NCBI RefSeq assembly: GCF_006345805.1
Contig: NC_043020.1
Coordinates: forward strand, 6,014,001-6,078,000
From: Octopus sinensis
Lineage: Eukaryota
Direction of reading: 5' to 3'
DNA: 64,000 bases
Position 1 is the first letter of the stretch. Each line of letters opens with the position of its first letter. The notes below the pieces were generated by a model. That model searched no databases and was not told the DNA's origin. It saw nothing but the letters and a program-made list of their open reading frames with translations. Shown here in pieces: positions 11,924-24,262 of the stretch. The position numbers were made by a program, and so were the translations under genes.

Positions 11924-12639
11924 TCTTTCTACTAAAGGCACAAGCCCTGAAATTAAGTTGATTACACCGACCCCAGTGTTTCACTGGTACTTAATTTATC
12001 GACCCCCAAAAGGATGAAATGCTGCCAAGCAGTTTCCCCAGTGTGCTAATGATTCTGCCAACTCATCCCCTTAACAATAATGATGATGATGATGTTAATA
12101 ATAATAATAATAACACCATCAATAATAATAATAATAACAATGATGATGATTTCAAATTTTGGCTCACGGTCAGCAGTTTTAGAAGAGTGGGTTAGTAAAA
12201 TACATCAACAGTAGCACTTGTCTGGTTATGTTATTACTGGTACAGGCCAAGCTGCAGTGCTGTATGGTTGCAAAACGAGATTGTCAACCATATATCTTTG
12301 CCTGGCACCTCCATTGTAACATTTAAAAAAAAAGTTGTTTTTTTAAAGTGCCCCCCCAAAAAATGGCGTTTTTGTCAAACAGGTTATGAAACCTTGCAGT
12401 GCAGTTAATAATTTTCATCTGACAGCGTGCGAGGATGACTCGAAGCGTGTGCAATGTAGGGTATGTGCATATATATACTTGTGTCCTCGATTATGTGGGT
12501 CATGCACATGCAGACTGACAATGTGAACAGAATCAAATGTTCTCACAGTAAAATTCTTACATGCTCACAGCTCACATATTAGTGTTGAAGTTGCCAGTCA
12601 TAAAATTAACTTTTCTCTGCACAGAGACGGGAGGGGGAT

Positions 12640-12674
<35 letters not shown>

Positions 12675-12709
12675 TGGCTGGCTGGATGGATGGAGAGAGG
12701 GAGAGATAA

Positions 12710-13177
12710 GTTTCTTTATTGGCCACACAGATCTGCACACAGAGGACAAGTTACAAGGTAGAGCTCTTCTTTTGGGGAGAAAAAAAAAATTAAAAAAGGG
12801 TGGCGTAGGTTTTCGATCAAGGGATCGTCAAAGGAAAAAAGAAAAAAAAGAACAAAAAAAAAAAAAAAAAAAAAAAAAAGAAAAAAGAAAAAGGGAAAAG
12901 AACAAAAGAAAATAAAAATGAAAAAAGAAGAAAAAGGAGGAAAGAAGGGGAAGAGGAAAAAAAACGATCAATAGGGATCGTGTATCAGTGTCATGATGTA
13001 TGGTGTAAAGGGGAAAGCAAGTAAGGTTTATCCGTGGGAAGAAAAGCCTACGAAAAAGACCACGGTAACCTTGGTCAATATTGTTATATGTTACCACATA
13101 TGTTTGCAAGTGGGTAACCCTCTGTTTTCAATTTCTGGGTTCATAGGATTATGCTCAAGGTGGCTTCGTCATTCATG
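12710..13177 (-). mobile_element. Second Tx1/L1-like LINE 3' end
   Basis: MNDEATLSIIL*, then a UTR ending TGTGGCCAATAAAGAAA; the tail is related to that of 9820-10242. Confidence 0.45.
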
Positions 13178-13179
13178 AG

Positions 13180-13441
13180 ATAGATAGATAGATAGATAGA
13201 TACATACATAGATAGAAATAGATAGATAGATAGATAGATATATTTCTTTACTGCCCACAAGGGGCTAAACACAGAAGGGACAAACAAGGACAGACAAAGG
13301 GATTAAGTAGATTATATCGACCCCCAGTGTGTAACTGGTACTTAATTTATCGACCACGAAAGGATGAAAGGCAAAGTCGACCTCAGCAGAATTTGAACTC
13401 AGAACGTAACGGCAGATAGATAGATAGATAGATAGAGAGGA

Positions 13442-13472
<31 letters not shown>

Positions 13473-13667
13473 TTCTTTATTCCCTACAAGGGGCTAACAC
13501 AGAGGGGACAAACAAGGACAGACAAACGGATTAAGTCGATTATATCGACCCCAGTGCATAACTGGTACTTAATTTATCGACCCCGAAAGGATGAAAGGCA
13601 AAGTCGACCTCGGCGGAATTTGAACTCAGAACGTAACGGCAGATAGATAGATAGATAGATAGAGAGG

Positions 13668-13700
<33 letters not shown>

Positions 13701-13896
13701 TTCTTTATTCCCTACAAGGGGCTAAACACAGAGGGGACAAACAAGGACAGACAAACGGATTAAGTCGATTATATCGACCCCAGTGCATAACTGGTACTTA
13801 ATTTATCGACCCCGAAAGGATGAAAGGCAAAGTCGACCTCGGCGGAATTTGAACTCAGAACGTAACGGCAGATAGATAGATAGATAGATAGAGAGG

Positions 13897-13933
<37 letters not shown>

Positions 13934-14360
13934 TTCTTTATTCCCTACAAGGGGCTAAACACAGAGGGGACAAACAAGGACAGACAAACGGATTAAGTCG
14001 ATTATATCGACCCCAGTGCATAACTGGTACTTAATTATCTCGACCCCGAAAGGATGAAAGGCAAAGTCGACCTCGGCGGAATTTGAACTCAGAACGTAAC
14101 GGCAGATAGATAGATAGATAGATAGAGAGGATATAGATAGATATATAGATAGATAGATAGATAATTCTTTATTCCCTACAAGGGGCTAAACACAGAGGGG
14201 ACAAACAAGGACAGACAAACGGATTAAGTCGATTATATCGACCCAGTGCGTAACTGGTACTTAATTTATCGACCACAAAAGGATGAAAGGCAAAGTCGAC
14301 CTCGGCGGAATTTGAACTCAGAACGTAGCGACAGACGAAATACAGCCACGCATTTTGCCC
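13180..14360 (-). repeat. Tandem array of family B SINE plus (GATA)n spacer: five units of ~230 bp
   Basis: Unit starts near 13244, 13473, 13701, 13934 and 14165; the spacer interruption GAGAGGA is conserved between units. Confidence 0.9.
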
Positions 14361-16929
14361 GGCAGATAGATGGATATGTGCAAAAACAAGGCCACGAAAA
14401 TTTTTAAAAGCTTAACAGCAGAGTTAATCAATTCTTTATCAAATTACTTATGATCAAAGTTTTGAAGTGGGTACAAAGTTTCTTTTGGGTATCTTTCCTT
14501 TCTGTGAATGATAGTAGCTTCGGGTACAGGCATGGCTGTGTGGTAAGCAGTTTGCTTCCCAGCCACATAGTTCTGGGTTCAGTCCCACTGTATGGCACCT
14601 TGTGCAAGTGTCTTCTATTACAGCCTTCAGCCAAAGGAAACCTTGTGAGTGGATTTGATAGAACTAAAAACCCATTATGGCTGTATAGGCACAGGAGTGG
14701 CTTTGTGGTAAGAAACTTGCTTACCAACCACATGGTTCCAGGTTCAGTCCCACTGCGTGGCACCTTGGGCAGGTGGTCTTCTACTATAGCTCGGGCCGAC
14801 CAAAGCCTTGCAAGTAGATGTGGTAAACGGAAACTGAACGAAGCCCATCATATATTCATATATGTATGTGTGTGTATATGCTTGTGTGTCTGTGTTTGTT
14901 CCCCCCAACATCGCTGGACTACCGATGCTGGTTTGTTTACGTTCCCATAACTAAGCGGTTCAGCAAAGAGACCGATAGAATAAGTACTAGGCTTACAAAG
15001 AATAAGTCCCAGGGTCAATTTGCTTGACTAAAGGCGATGAGACCAGAATAAAAGAATATATATATATATATATACTGAATCATACAAATTAGAACAGCTG
15101 TAATAACTGGATAAGTTATTCTTACAAAGCGAAAAATTTGCCAACAACCAGCATCTGTGTTTGTGAAAAATATCATCTAACCTCTATCATTCAATACACA
15201 TTTCAACACAAATGTTAGTTTGTTAATATTTAAGCACATAGTTTATACATATATATATATATGGCGGTGCCCCAGCATGGCCACAGCTCATGAGCTGAAA
15301 CTAGATAAAATATATATAAAATATATATTACGGAGATGTACTTGCATAGCAAGTGACCTGATCTGAGATCATGTAATGGAACGAAAACAATTGCAACATG
15401 GAAGGTGTTTATAAACCATTTAAGAAACACACAGAAACCGTTAGATTCACTTCAACATTTAAATTAAACTTAAATGTTGAAGTGAATCTAACGGTTTTTG
15501 TGTGTTTCTTAAATGGCTTATAAACATCTTCCACGCTGCAATTGTTGTATATATACATACATACGTACGTACGTACGTACGTACGTACGTACGTACGTAT
15601 GTATGTATGTATGTATGTAGGTAGGTAGGTAGGTAGGGTTAAACAGATAGAACACATGGAGAAAAAATTAGGTGAGAGCAAAGCAAACGGAAAACATTGA
15701 ATGGTAAGGGCGCGAAACCACCAGGATATTTCGGGGTCATTGACTGACAAGGAAAACTCTGTTGCTAGTGTTCCGTGTATCGTGTCTTTGTCTATATTTT
15801 CCGTCTGTTAAGGTTTCGTCTAGTTTCCCTTTTGCTCTGCTGTTGTCTAACTTTTTCTCCTTGTTGTGATCTGTCTGTTCAACCCTTGATACATCTTGTA
15901 GAGCAATTCACATCTTGTTTGTTTACTTTATATATATATATATATATATACAAGGGGGTGGTGCTGAAAAGTTCCGGGCTTTAAGGGTATCATGAAAGGC
16001 CCGGTTGGGGGCCCAACCTTCAGAGTTCTTTTACAGGGCTTAGAAAACTGAAGGACCGTTGCAATAAGTGTGTGAATCTGAGAGGGGAATATGTTGAATG
16101 AAATCCTAATTAACTGATCCTCCTGTATTTTCTTTTACCCAAACCTAGTGTGCTTACATCCCTTTGACTTAGCAGTTCAGCAAAAGAGACCAATAGAATA
16201 AGTACCACGCTTAAAAAAAAAGTCCAGGGATCAATTCATTTGATTAAAATTCTTCAATGTGGTGCATGGCCACAGTCTAATGATTGAAACAAGTAAAAGA
16301 TAAAAGATAAACATTTTCTGAAAGGGTGCCTGGCTGCCCTAACCCTTAGACCTCATGATCAGCCATAATAATGCTGTGAGCAAGGGTTGCCTCCATAATT
16401 TTTTTTCAGAGGGAAACACTAGCATCATAATGGTACGACGTATAATCAAGGGGATAAAATTGCCTTTTCATTTCCTTTCTTATTTGTTTTTTACGGAAGA
16501 AGGGCCCTTTCCCATGACGTTTGCAAGCCCTTCAAAATCAGTGAGGTTGGTACCGTTAAATGTTGTAGTCAAACTGTTGCAAGTCAACACCTGCAGGACA
16601 GAAATGAGCTGGGAGAAGATTCCAAGGGGGCGGATGTTTTGGAAAGAAAGGACTAAGCACAATGGTTAGCAGGGGACCTATGGGTTCAGATGCACTAAAA
16701 ATGACGAGACGTATGAAGATGAGTAGGGCGGGAATAGTTTGAGTGGTGGTGAGTACGTAGACAACCAGCTCCAAAGAACAAAGGTCATTTTAGTAACGAT
16801 AGTGGAAGATCGTGGGTCAGAGGCTGGCAGATTGTCTAAGAATAAACTGAGCACCCATTCGTCGAGTGGCCCTGCCCTTCGATGCGATCTGTGTGCGTAG
16901 CAGCAACACCATCCCATGCATGGGATAAA

Positions 16930-17318
16930 GGATCTTTTCCTTTTGTACAGCAGTTTGTAACATAATTTCTAAGTAACTAAAAAATTTTAAACTTCGTATA
17001 CTGGTAGAATGTGTTTATAAAACATCATTTTCTCTTGGCTTTTTTCTTCACAAATGTAAATAAACCCAATCTGTTTCTTAAACGAGGGACATATTCATTA
17101 TGCACAGAATGTTATTTACGTCAATGGAGGTAATTGATTGGTTAAAATTGCTGAAATGCAAGAAATTTTAGACGAAATATGTTACAACCTATAGAGTTTC
17201 TCAATAAAGCCAAGAGAAAAAGATGTTTTATAAACACATTCTACCAGTATACGAAGTTTAAAAGTGTTTAGTTACCTAGAATTTATGTTACAAATTGCCG
17301 TTCAAAAGGAAAAGATCT
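16930..17318. mobile_element. MITE with ~110-bp terminal inverted repeats and a degenerate 8-bp TSD
   Basis: GGATCTTTTCCTTTTG...CAAAAGGAAAAGATCT; flanks GGGATAAA and GGGATAGG. Confidence 0.8.
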
Positions 17319-18275
17319 GGGATAGGTTTTTTTATTTCGAGTCTCGCACGAGATTTGTTGTTTACTTTATAGTATTAATTACACAAGAAATAAAAATATC
17401 TTAAATATTCTAAATAATGGGAACAGTATTCTGAGATTCCAAGAAATTCTCGGAGCTGGATAAAATGCATCCGCCGCATCCTATGTTAAAGCATTTACGA
17501 TCTTTTAATCTTAGCTGTTCGAGAAATTTCTTATTTTCAAATGATAAATTTATTGTGTTTAAACATCAATTATTTACAAACATCTGTCGGGGTTAAGTTT
17601 AAAGCTATTCACTAAAGTTAATAAACATCTTAACATTACATCTCATTTAAATAAAGGCAACGATTTATCGGGGCGGGGGGGCTTCTGCATATGCATCTAG
17701 AAAGTTTCCCTACAATTTGCCAGTTCAAACAAAGGGTTTTTTGAAATTAAATTTTAACGGGAGACTAGCAGTTGCCATTGCATACAAATGGGCCCACTGC
17801 ATGCCAGGGGGCCCCAAACACCAGACCGCGGATCCCTTTGTTACCGGCCGTACAGAAAGAATATATTAAAATTTTTATTATTTTTTTCTATTTTATTGAC
17901 TATTGCAATCTGCAAGATATTTTTGCATTACATAGGTATTACATAAGGTAATATATATGTGTTATATACGTAATATATATGTATTAAATACATAATTAAA
18001 ATATATACTATGTTCTTTATTGTGCTTTTTGTTATGCGTGTGATCCCTCGGCCAGTGGGAAAACTATCTCGAATGAAACCAGTCCGTAATGCAAAAAAGA
18101 TGGTAAAATTAATTTTACCAAAAAGATTGGTGACCTTTGATCTAAGGAGACAGAAAGGGTAGAAACAGTTTGACACCAGAATTGTTGCAATGGATATCGC
18201 AAAACAAGCTTAACAATTCCGGCAAACCAACACTCTGGACTGATACGTTAGCGATCCAGGAAAAATAAAGGGGAA

Positions 18276-19083
18276 AAAAAAATGAAATGTAAAATTACCC
18301 TTGGCAGGATTTGAGCCCTTGGGCGCAGGAGCCGGATCGATGATGCGAAGGAGTTTACCCAACGATCTAACCACCCGGCTAATCCACCGTAGCTTTCGAA
18401 TTCCCGCAAAGAATCATATAATCAATGTAACAATAGATTTTTAGCGTCAATGTCATGATCAGGGGAAAAAACATTTTGGCTTGCGGGAACTTTTGAAGTA
18501 ATGAGAGCGAAAGAGACTAAGAGAAAGCGATTTTATGACGAGGGAAGTTCATAGGAAGCATTGATGTACATGTGTGTGTGTGTGTGTGTTTGATGGGGTG
18601 TGGGAGACAGACAGTATGTTGTGTAAGTGAAGTGCTTCTGTTAGTATGTGTGAAGAGACAGAGTAATGTGTGAAAGAAAGAGATAACAGAATTGGCGAAG
18701 TTTCGCATGTCGTAGCACAGATTTCCGTCGATTTCCGTAAAAAACTTTTATTTTTTTACATAAGTAATGAGAGCGAGAATTTTTTTTACTCGGTGTATGT
18801 GTATATGTATGTATATTACTTCAAAAGTTCCCGCAAGCCCATATGTAAAAAAAAAAAATTTTTTACGGAAATCGACGGAAAGGTATACTAGAGACGAAAG
18901 ATCGCCAAAAAAATGAAATGTAAAATTACCCTTGGCAGGATTTGAGCCCTTGGCGCCGGATCGATGTTGGGAAGCAGTTTACCCAACGATCTAACCACCC
19001 GGCTAATCCACCGTAGCTTTCGAATTCCCGCAAAGAATCATATAATCAATGTAACAATAGATTTTTAGCGTCAATGTCATGAT
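18276..19083 (-). repeat. Two ~180-bp direct repeats (18276-18459, 18907-19083) with Pol III-like A/B boxes, enclosing nested inverted repeats
   Basis: Minus strand TAGCCGGGTGG (A box), GGCTCAAATCC (B box) and a downstream T-run. Perfect inverted repeats at 18479-18502/18815-18838 and 18722-18744/18859-18881. Confidence 0.7.
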
Positions 19084-19214
19084 AAGGAAAAAAATATTCT
19101 AAATAATAATAAACTTAAGTGAGAAATATTTGCGCCATAAATTTTTTAAAAGTACAAAAAAAAAAAATCGTTTTAGAACTAGAAAATAATAAGTGATCAA
19201 ATTCATTCACTCAC

Positions 19215-19256
19215 ACCACGAATTTTCCAATATGCCAGCTCTGGTTGTTTCGACAT
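19215..19256 (-). CDS. GSTM: Mu-class glutathione S-transferase, coding exon 1 (MSKQPELAYWKIRG)
   Basis: Minus strand reads ATG...TAT TGG AAA ATT CGT GGT|gtgagt. 14 codons with the catalytic-Tyr YW.IRG motif of mu GSTs; phase-0 donor fits exon 2. Confidence 0.9.
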
Positions 19257-19328
19257 TTTCTTCAAAGTTCTCTGAGAGAGATGAGCACCAAAAAGACAAG
19301 AGACGGGCACTGACCGACGGCAAAACAA

Positions 19329-19362
19329 GATATGAACGGAGGGGCGTGAAGTGCTTTATATA
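19329..19362 (-). promoter_or_regulatory. GST core promoter: TATA box and initiator
   Basis: Minus strand TATATAAAG at 19362-19354; TCATATC (YYANWYY) with A+1 at 19333, 29 nt from the first T of the TATA box and 77 nt before the ATG. Confidence 0.6.
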
Positions 19363-19722
19363 CACTAGCTTCTATGGAACACCAAAATTGCTATAACAAA
19401 CTATATTGCTCACTAGTTCGTTCTCTCGTTCTCCCTTTCTTTTCATTCACTTCTTTCTCTCTTTCTTTCTTTCTTTCTCTTTTGTGCTGTCCTTTGTGTC
19501 TCATCATCATTTCTACCACGAGTCTGTCGCGATGGAAGAGGTGGTAATACTTAATACCTTTTATTTTCGCTATACATCACCCATTGTTTTCGCAATATTC
19601 AAAATACCCAACATCACAAGATATTATTTCATAAGTGAGAGAAAGAGTGAGAGGGGAGAACAAATCTAACTGTTATTGTTTGTTTGGTGTTCCTTAAAAG
19701 ACTTGCCTCTTCTTTATTACAA

Positions 19723-20222
19723 AACTAGCAGTATCGCCCGGCGTTGCTCGGATTTGTAAGGGAAATAACTATATAAGCATTTTTAGAGAGTTATAGCCAA
19801 AAAATAGCAAACAAATGCATTAAAAATGGAAAAAAAATTATGGTAAATTTTTTTTTAAATCGTTGACTCATCGTAGACATTTTTAGAGAGTTACTTCCCT
19901 TATATAATAGCGAAAAATGCATTAAAATGGAAAAAATGATGGTAAATTTTTTTTAAATCGTTGACTCATCGTAGACATTTTTAGAGAGTTACTTCCCTTA
20001 TATAATAGCGAAAAATATGCATTAAAATGGAAAAAAATGATGGTAAATTTTTTTTTAAATCGTAGACTCATCGTAGATGCGCGCTAATACCCAGAAGGGC
20101 TCGATATGAATCACGACTAAAAGATACCCGATTTTGGTTAAACTGCACCGCAAAATGTGGGAGTAGTTAGGAATCTAAATCGTAGGAGACAGACACACAA
20201 GCTTACTTTTATATATAAAGAT
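19723..20222 (+). mobile_element. Non-autonomous Helitron/Helentron-like element (Lep1/HINE architecture) with ~100-bp internal tandem repeats
   Basis: Starts ACTAGCAGTATCGCCCGGCGTTGCTCGG and ends ACAGACACAC...TTTTATATATAAAGAT; repeat units at 19815, 19917 and 20017. Confidence 0.65.
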
Positions 20223-20291
20223 TTAAACTTAATTACAAAACTAAATAAAGTGAAACATATTTAATGTATGGAGTAACAAAAGATTAATTTC

Positions 20292-21386
20292 GGATCTTTT
20301 CCCTTTCAACGGCAGATCGAGAAATTAATTTTTTGTAACTAAACACTTTCAAACTTCGGACACTGGTAGAATGTGTCATATAAAAAACATATTTTACTCT
20401 TAATGTTGTTGAGAAAAGTTTCTATTTTCAAAGTTATTTCGTGTTAAAGTTGTCGTATTTCGGTAATTTCAACCAATCAATGACGTGTATTCAGCTGAAT
20501 AAAATTACTGCCTTTGTTTGTCAACAACAACTGTCGGCGGTGTATATTTCGTTTGTCACTGTTATTTATGACATCGTTAATGCGTTTGTACTAGTTTTAG
20601 CTTTAGGGTTTTAGGGTTAGGGTTAGAATTAAGGTTTTAGAGTTAGGGTTAGGGTTAGAGTTTTAAGGTTAGGGTTACGGTTAGGTTTAGGGTTAGAGTT
20701 ATGGAAAAAAGAGAAAATGAAGAAATTAGAGGGGAGGGGGAAAAGTCTTTCCGAAAATAGCTGAAAAACAGGAAAAAAAACTAAAAGCAGTAGAAATGTA
20801 CGAACGATTATGGTGGTGCCATGAAGTAAACGTGTTTCAGATACACCCATTTATTCATACAAACGTAACTGAGATGAAATATGTCATAAATAACAGTGAC
20901 AAACGAAAGAAACACCGCCGACAGTTGTTGTTGACAAACAACGGCAGTAATTTTATTCAGCTGAATACACGTCATTGATTGGTTGAAATTACCGAAATAC
21001 AACAACTTTAACATGAAATAACTTTGAAAATAGAAACTTTTCTCAACAACTTTAACCCTTTAGTATTTAAACCGGCCATATCCGGCCAAAATATTTAATC
21101 TGTTTTATGTTCAAACTGACCAGATCCAGGCCCTCACACCTACCCTACAATGTTATTCTACATTAGGTAATTACACCATCAAGATCTTGAAGATATGAGA
21201 TAATGCATGATTAATTCAAATCAATGGGAATCAATAAACATTATGTTTGATAGAATAATCAGAACACTAAAGGGTTAAGAGTAAAAGATGTTTTTTGTAT
21301 GACACACTCAACCAGTGTCCGAAGTTTGAAAGTGTTTAGTTACAATAAATTGATTTCTCGATCTGCCGGGCAATGGGAAAAGATTG
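20292..21386. mobile_element. Fold-back element (~280-bp TIRs related to 16930-17318) with an internal TTAGGG tract
   Basis: GGATCTTTTCCC...GGGAAAAGATTG; flanks TTAATTTC and CGAATTTC; seven perfect TTAGGG in 20603-20692. Confidence 0.85.
21056..21274. mobile_element. piggyBac-like MITE (TTAA TSD) nested in the right TIR of the fold-back element
   Basis: TTAA|CCCTTTAG...CTAAAGGG|TTAA; the empty site is preserved in the opposite TIR (ACTCTTAATGTTG). Confidence 0.85.
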
Positions 21387-21462
21387 CGAATTTCTTCAAT
21401 GCTTTCTTTCTTTCTTTTTTAAAAAAAATTCTGTACTCTATGACTGTGTGGTAAGTAGCTAT

Positions 21463-21628
21463 AGGCGTAGGAGTGGCTGTGTGGTAAGTAGCTTGCTTAC
21501 CAATCCCATGGTTCCAGGTTCAGTCCGACTGCGTGGCACCTTGGGCAAGTGTCTTCTACTATAGCCTCGGGCCGACCAAAGCCTTGTGAGTGGATTCGGT
21601 AGACGGAAACTGAAAGAAGCCCATCGTA

Positions 21629-21677
<49 letters not shown>

Positions 21678-21930
21678 GTATGTATGTATGTATATATGTG
21701 TGTGTATATGTTTGTGTGTCTGTATTTGTCTCCCCAACATAGCTTGACAACCGATGGTGGTGTGTTTACGTCCTCATAACATAGCGGTTCAGCAAAAGAG
21801 ACCTATAGAATAAGTACTAGGCTCACAAAGAATAAGTCCAAGGGTCGATTTGTTCGACTAAAGGCGGTGCTCCAGCATGGCCGCAGTCAAATGACTGAAA
21901 CAAGTAAAAGAGTAAAAGAGTAAAAAGAGT
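21463..21930 (+). mobile_element. Family A SINE; other plus copies at about 14690-15055, 28217-28634, 32364-32780, 36853-37277, 44633-45045, 53122-53537
   Basis: Same head, body and tail as 207-578. Confidence 0.85.
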
Positions 21931-22657
21931 ATACTTTAGTATACTAAATTTCAGGCCTTGTGCATATAGTAGAAAAGATTATTTTTATTTTCTTTCTCCA
22001 CGCTAACTGAATTGAATTTACCTTTAGAAACTAAAATATGTCACAAACATATTTTAATTAACCTCAAGTTCGTTTATTCCCAATCACCAATGCTGCTACT
22101 TTTAGTAGTGCATGTCAGTCACTGATGTTGACTGTTTGTTTTAGTTAAAGCTACGGATTTGACTATGTCCAGAGTTATTTCCCTTTGGTATTTCCCATTG
22201 AGAAATGCCAAAAAGCTAGAAACGAGTGTCTGGGAATTCTCTAGAGCAAAGTACTGGGTAGATATGGTGTTTTTACGCCTTTTACCATAACAGAGAATGT
22301 TGCAAACGTATTTTAACTAACCCAATAACAAGAATATTGAATATTCTTGTTGTTATTTGCAGTTGTTTGGTCTCTGCATTTTGCTGCTCAGATCATGTTC
22401 ATCTTTCATATCTTCAACATCAATAAAATAATGTAGCAGTCAGGTATTAGGGTCGAAGATATGGACCCTTCTTCTTGGGAAAATGCTTTACAGTATCTGT
22501 TCCAGTTGTTTACTTTCTGAGTTCAAATCCTGCTGTGGCCAACTTTGCCTTTCATCCTTTTGGGGTCGATGAAATTAGTACCAGTTATACACTGGGATCA
22601 CTTTAATTGATTAACCTCCTACCCCCAAAAGTTTCAAGGCTTTGTGCCTAGAGTAGA

Positions 22658-22714
<57 letters not shown>

Positions 22715-23864
22715 CATTATTATTATTATTATTATTATTAAATGTGAGAGCAGTACATGCCATCAAAGTGACACTGGGGTACAAGTATATCATCATCATC
22801 ATCATCATTTAACGTCCGCTTTCCATACTAGCATGGGTCGGACGGTTCAACTGGGGTCTGTGAAGCCAGAAGGCTGCTTCAGGCCCAGTCTGATCTGACA
22901 GTGTTTCTACAGCTGGATGCCCTTCCTAATGCCAACCACTCCGTGAGTGTAGTGGGTGCTTTTTACGTGCCACCCTCACAGGTGCCTGACGGAGCTGGCA
23001 GACGGCCACGGACGGATGGTGCTTTTTACAGGGGCCAGGCAAGGCTGGCAACGGCCACGATCGGATGGTGAATCAGCTATGGGTACACCTGGCACATGCA
23101 TCACAACCATATGTGCGCAACATGGTGACCTCATATCAAGGAAATCGGGGAAACCGGTCCTGTGAGCCAAGCGTGGCTCGAGAAGGAACAAACAACTACT
23201 ACTACTACTATTACTACTACTGCTACTACTATTATTATTAAGGTGGCACGCTGGGCAAAATGCTTACTGGCATTTATTTTGGTTTTATGGTCTGTGTTCA
23301 AATACTGTGGAGGCCAACGTTGCGTTTCGTCCCTTTTGAGGGGTGTTAAATAAGAGATAAACGCTAGGATCAAGGTGGTTGAATAGCACCCAATCCCCTG
23401 AAAATTGGTGACCCGTGAGAAAGGATTATTTCTACGGAACACTAAACAGACAAAAACATCACAAACACCACAACTACCCACCACCACTACCCTCACCACC
23501 ACCCCTACTACTGTCACCACCACTACCACCACAACCATCACAGTCACTACAACCACCGCCACCGCCACCACCACCGCCACCATTGTGAAAGGGTTTGACA
23601 TATGTGATTTAAGTGTACTTAGCAAAAAATGGATGTCAGGTATTTGGGTCATAAGAACGTCTGCTGAAAGTTGGGGGAGATGGAAAACAAGGAGGAAAAG
23701 ACGTTTTCGTGTTTTTGTGGAAGAAGAAGACTGCAAGAAGCAACATATTTCTAGGAAAGAAATGCATTTTTAGATGTTGTTTTATAATTTCCTTCTTTAA
23801 TTTGTTTCAGTCATTGGATAGCGGCCCAGCTGGAGCACTGATCTGAAGGACTTAGTCGAAAATA

Positions 23865-24262
23865 CACACGCTCACACATATAAACATACACTCACACACA
23901 CATGCACACACAAACACATATACACACACACATACACTCACACACACATGCACACATACACACTCACACACACACATACACTCACACACACATGCACACA
24001 TACACACTCACACACACACATACACTCACACACACATACTCACATACACATGTACACATACACACTCACACACACACACACATACACACACACACACACA
24101 CACATACTCACACACACACACATACACTCACACACTCATACTCACATACACATGTACACACACACACGCACACACACATTCACATACACACACATATACA
24201 TACACATACACACACACATACATACACATACACACACTCACACACATACACATACACACACA
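23865..24262. repeat. (CA)n/(CATA)n microsatellite
   Basis: Direct reading. Confidence 0.95.

Noticed and set aside
15126-15154. Possible 29-bp micro-exon in GST intron 1 (cag|ATGCTGG...GCTTT|gtaag, minus strand)
   Set aside because: Weak polypyrimidine tract, it would shift the frame, and exons 1 and 2 already join into a canonical GST sequence.
16480-16662. Minus-strand ORF with a good-looking acceptor (ctgtcctgcag)
   Set aside because: No recognisable homology and no donor; stop codons follow quickly in all frames.
18300-18388. tRNA gene
   Set aside because: A and B boxes are present but the acceptor, anticodon and T stems pair poorly; kept only as a Pol III-like repeat.
20603-20700. 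True telomere or chromosome-fusion scar
   Set aside because: The tract is short, degenerate, in one orientation only, and lies between the TIRs of a transposon-like element.
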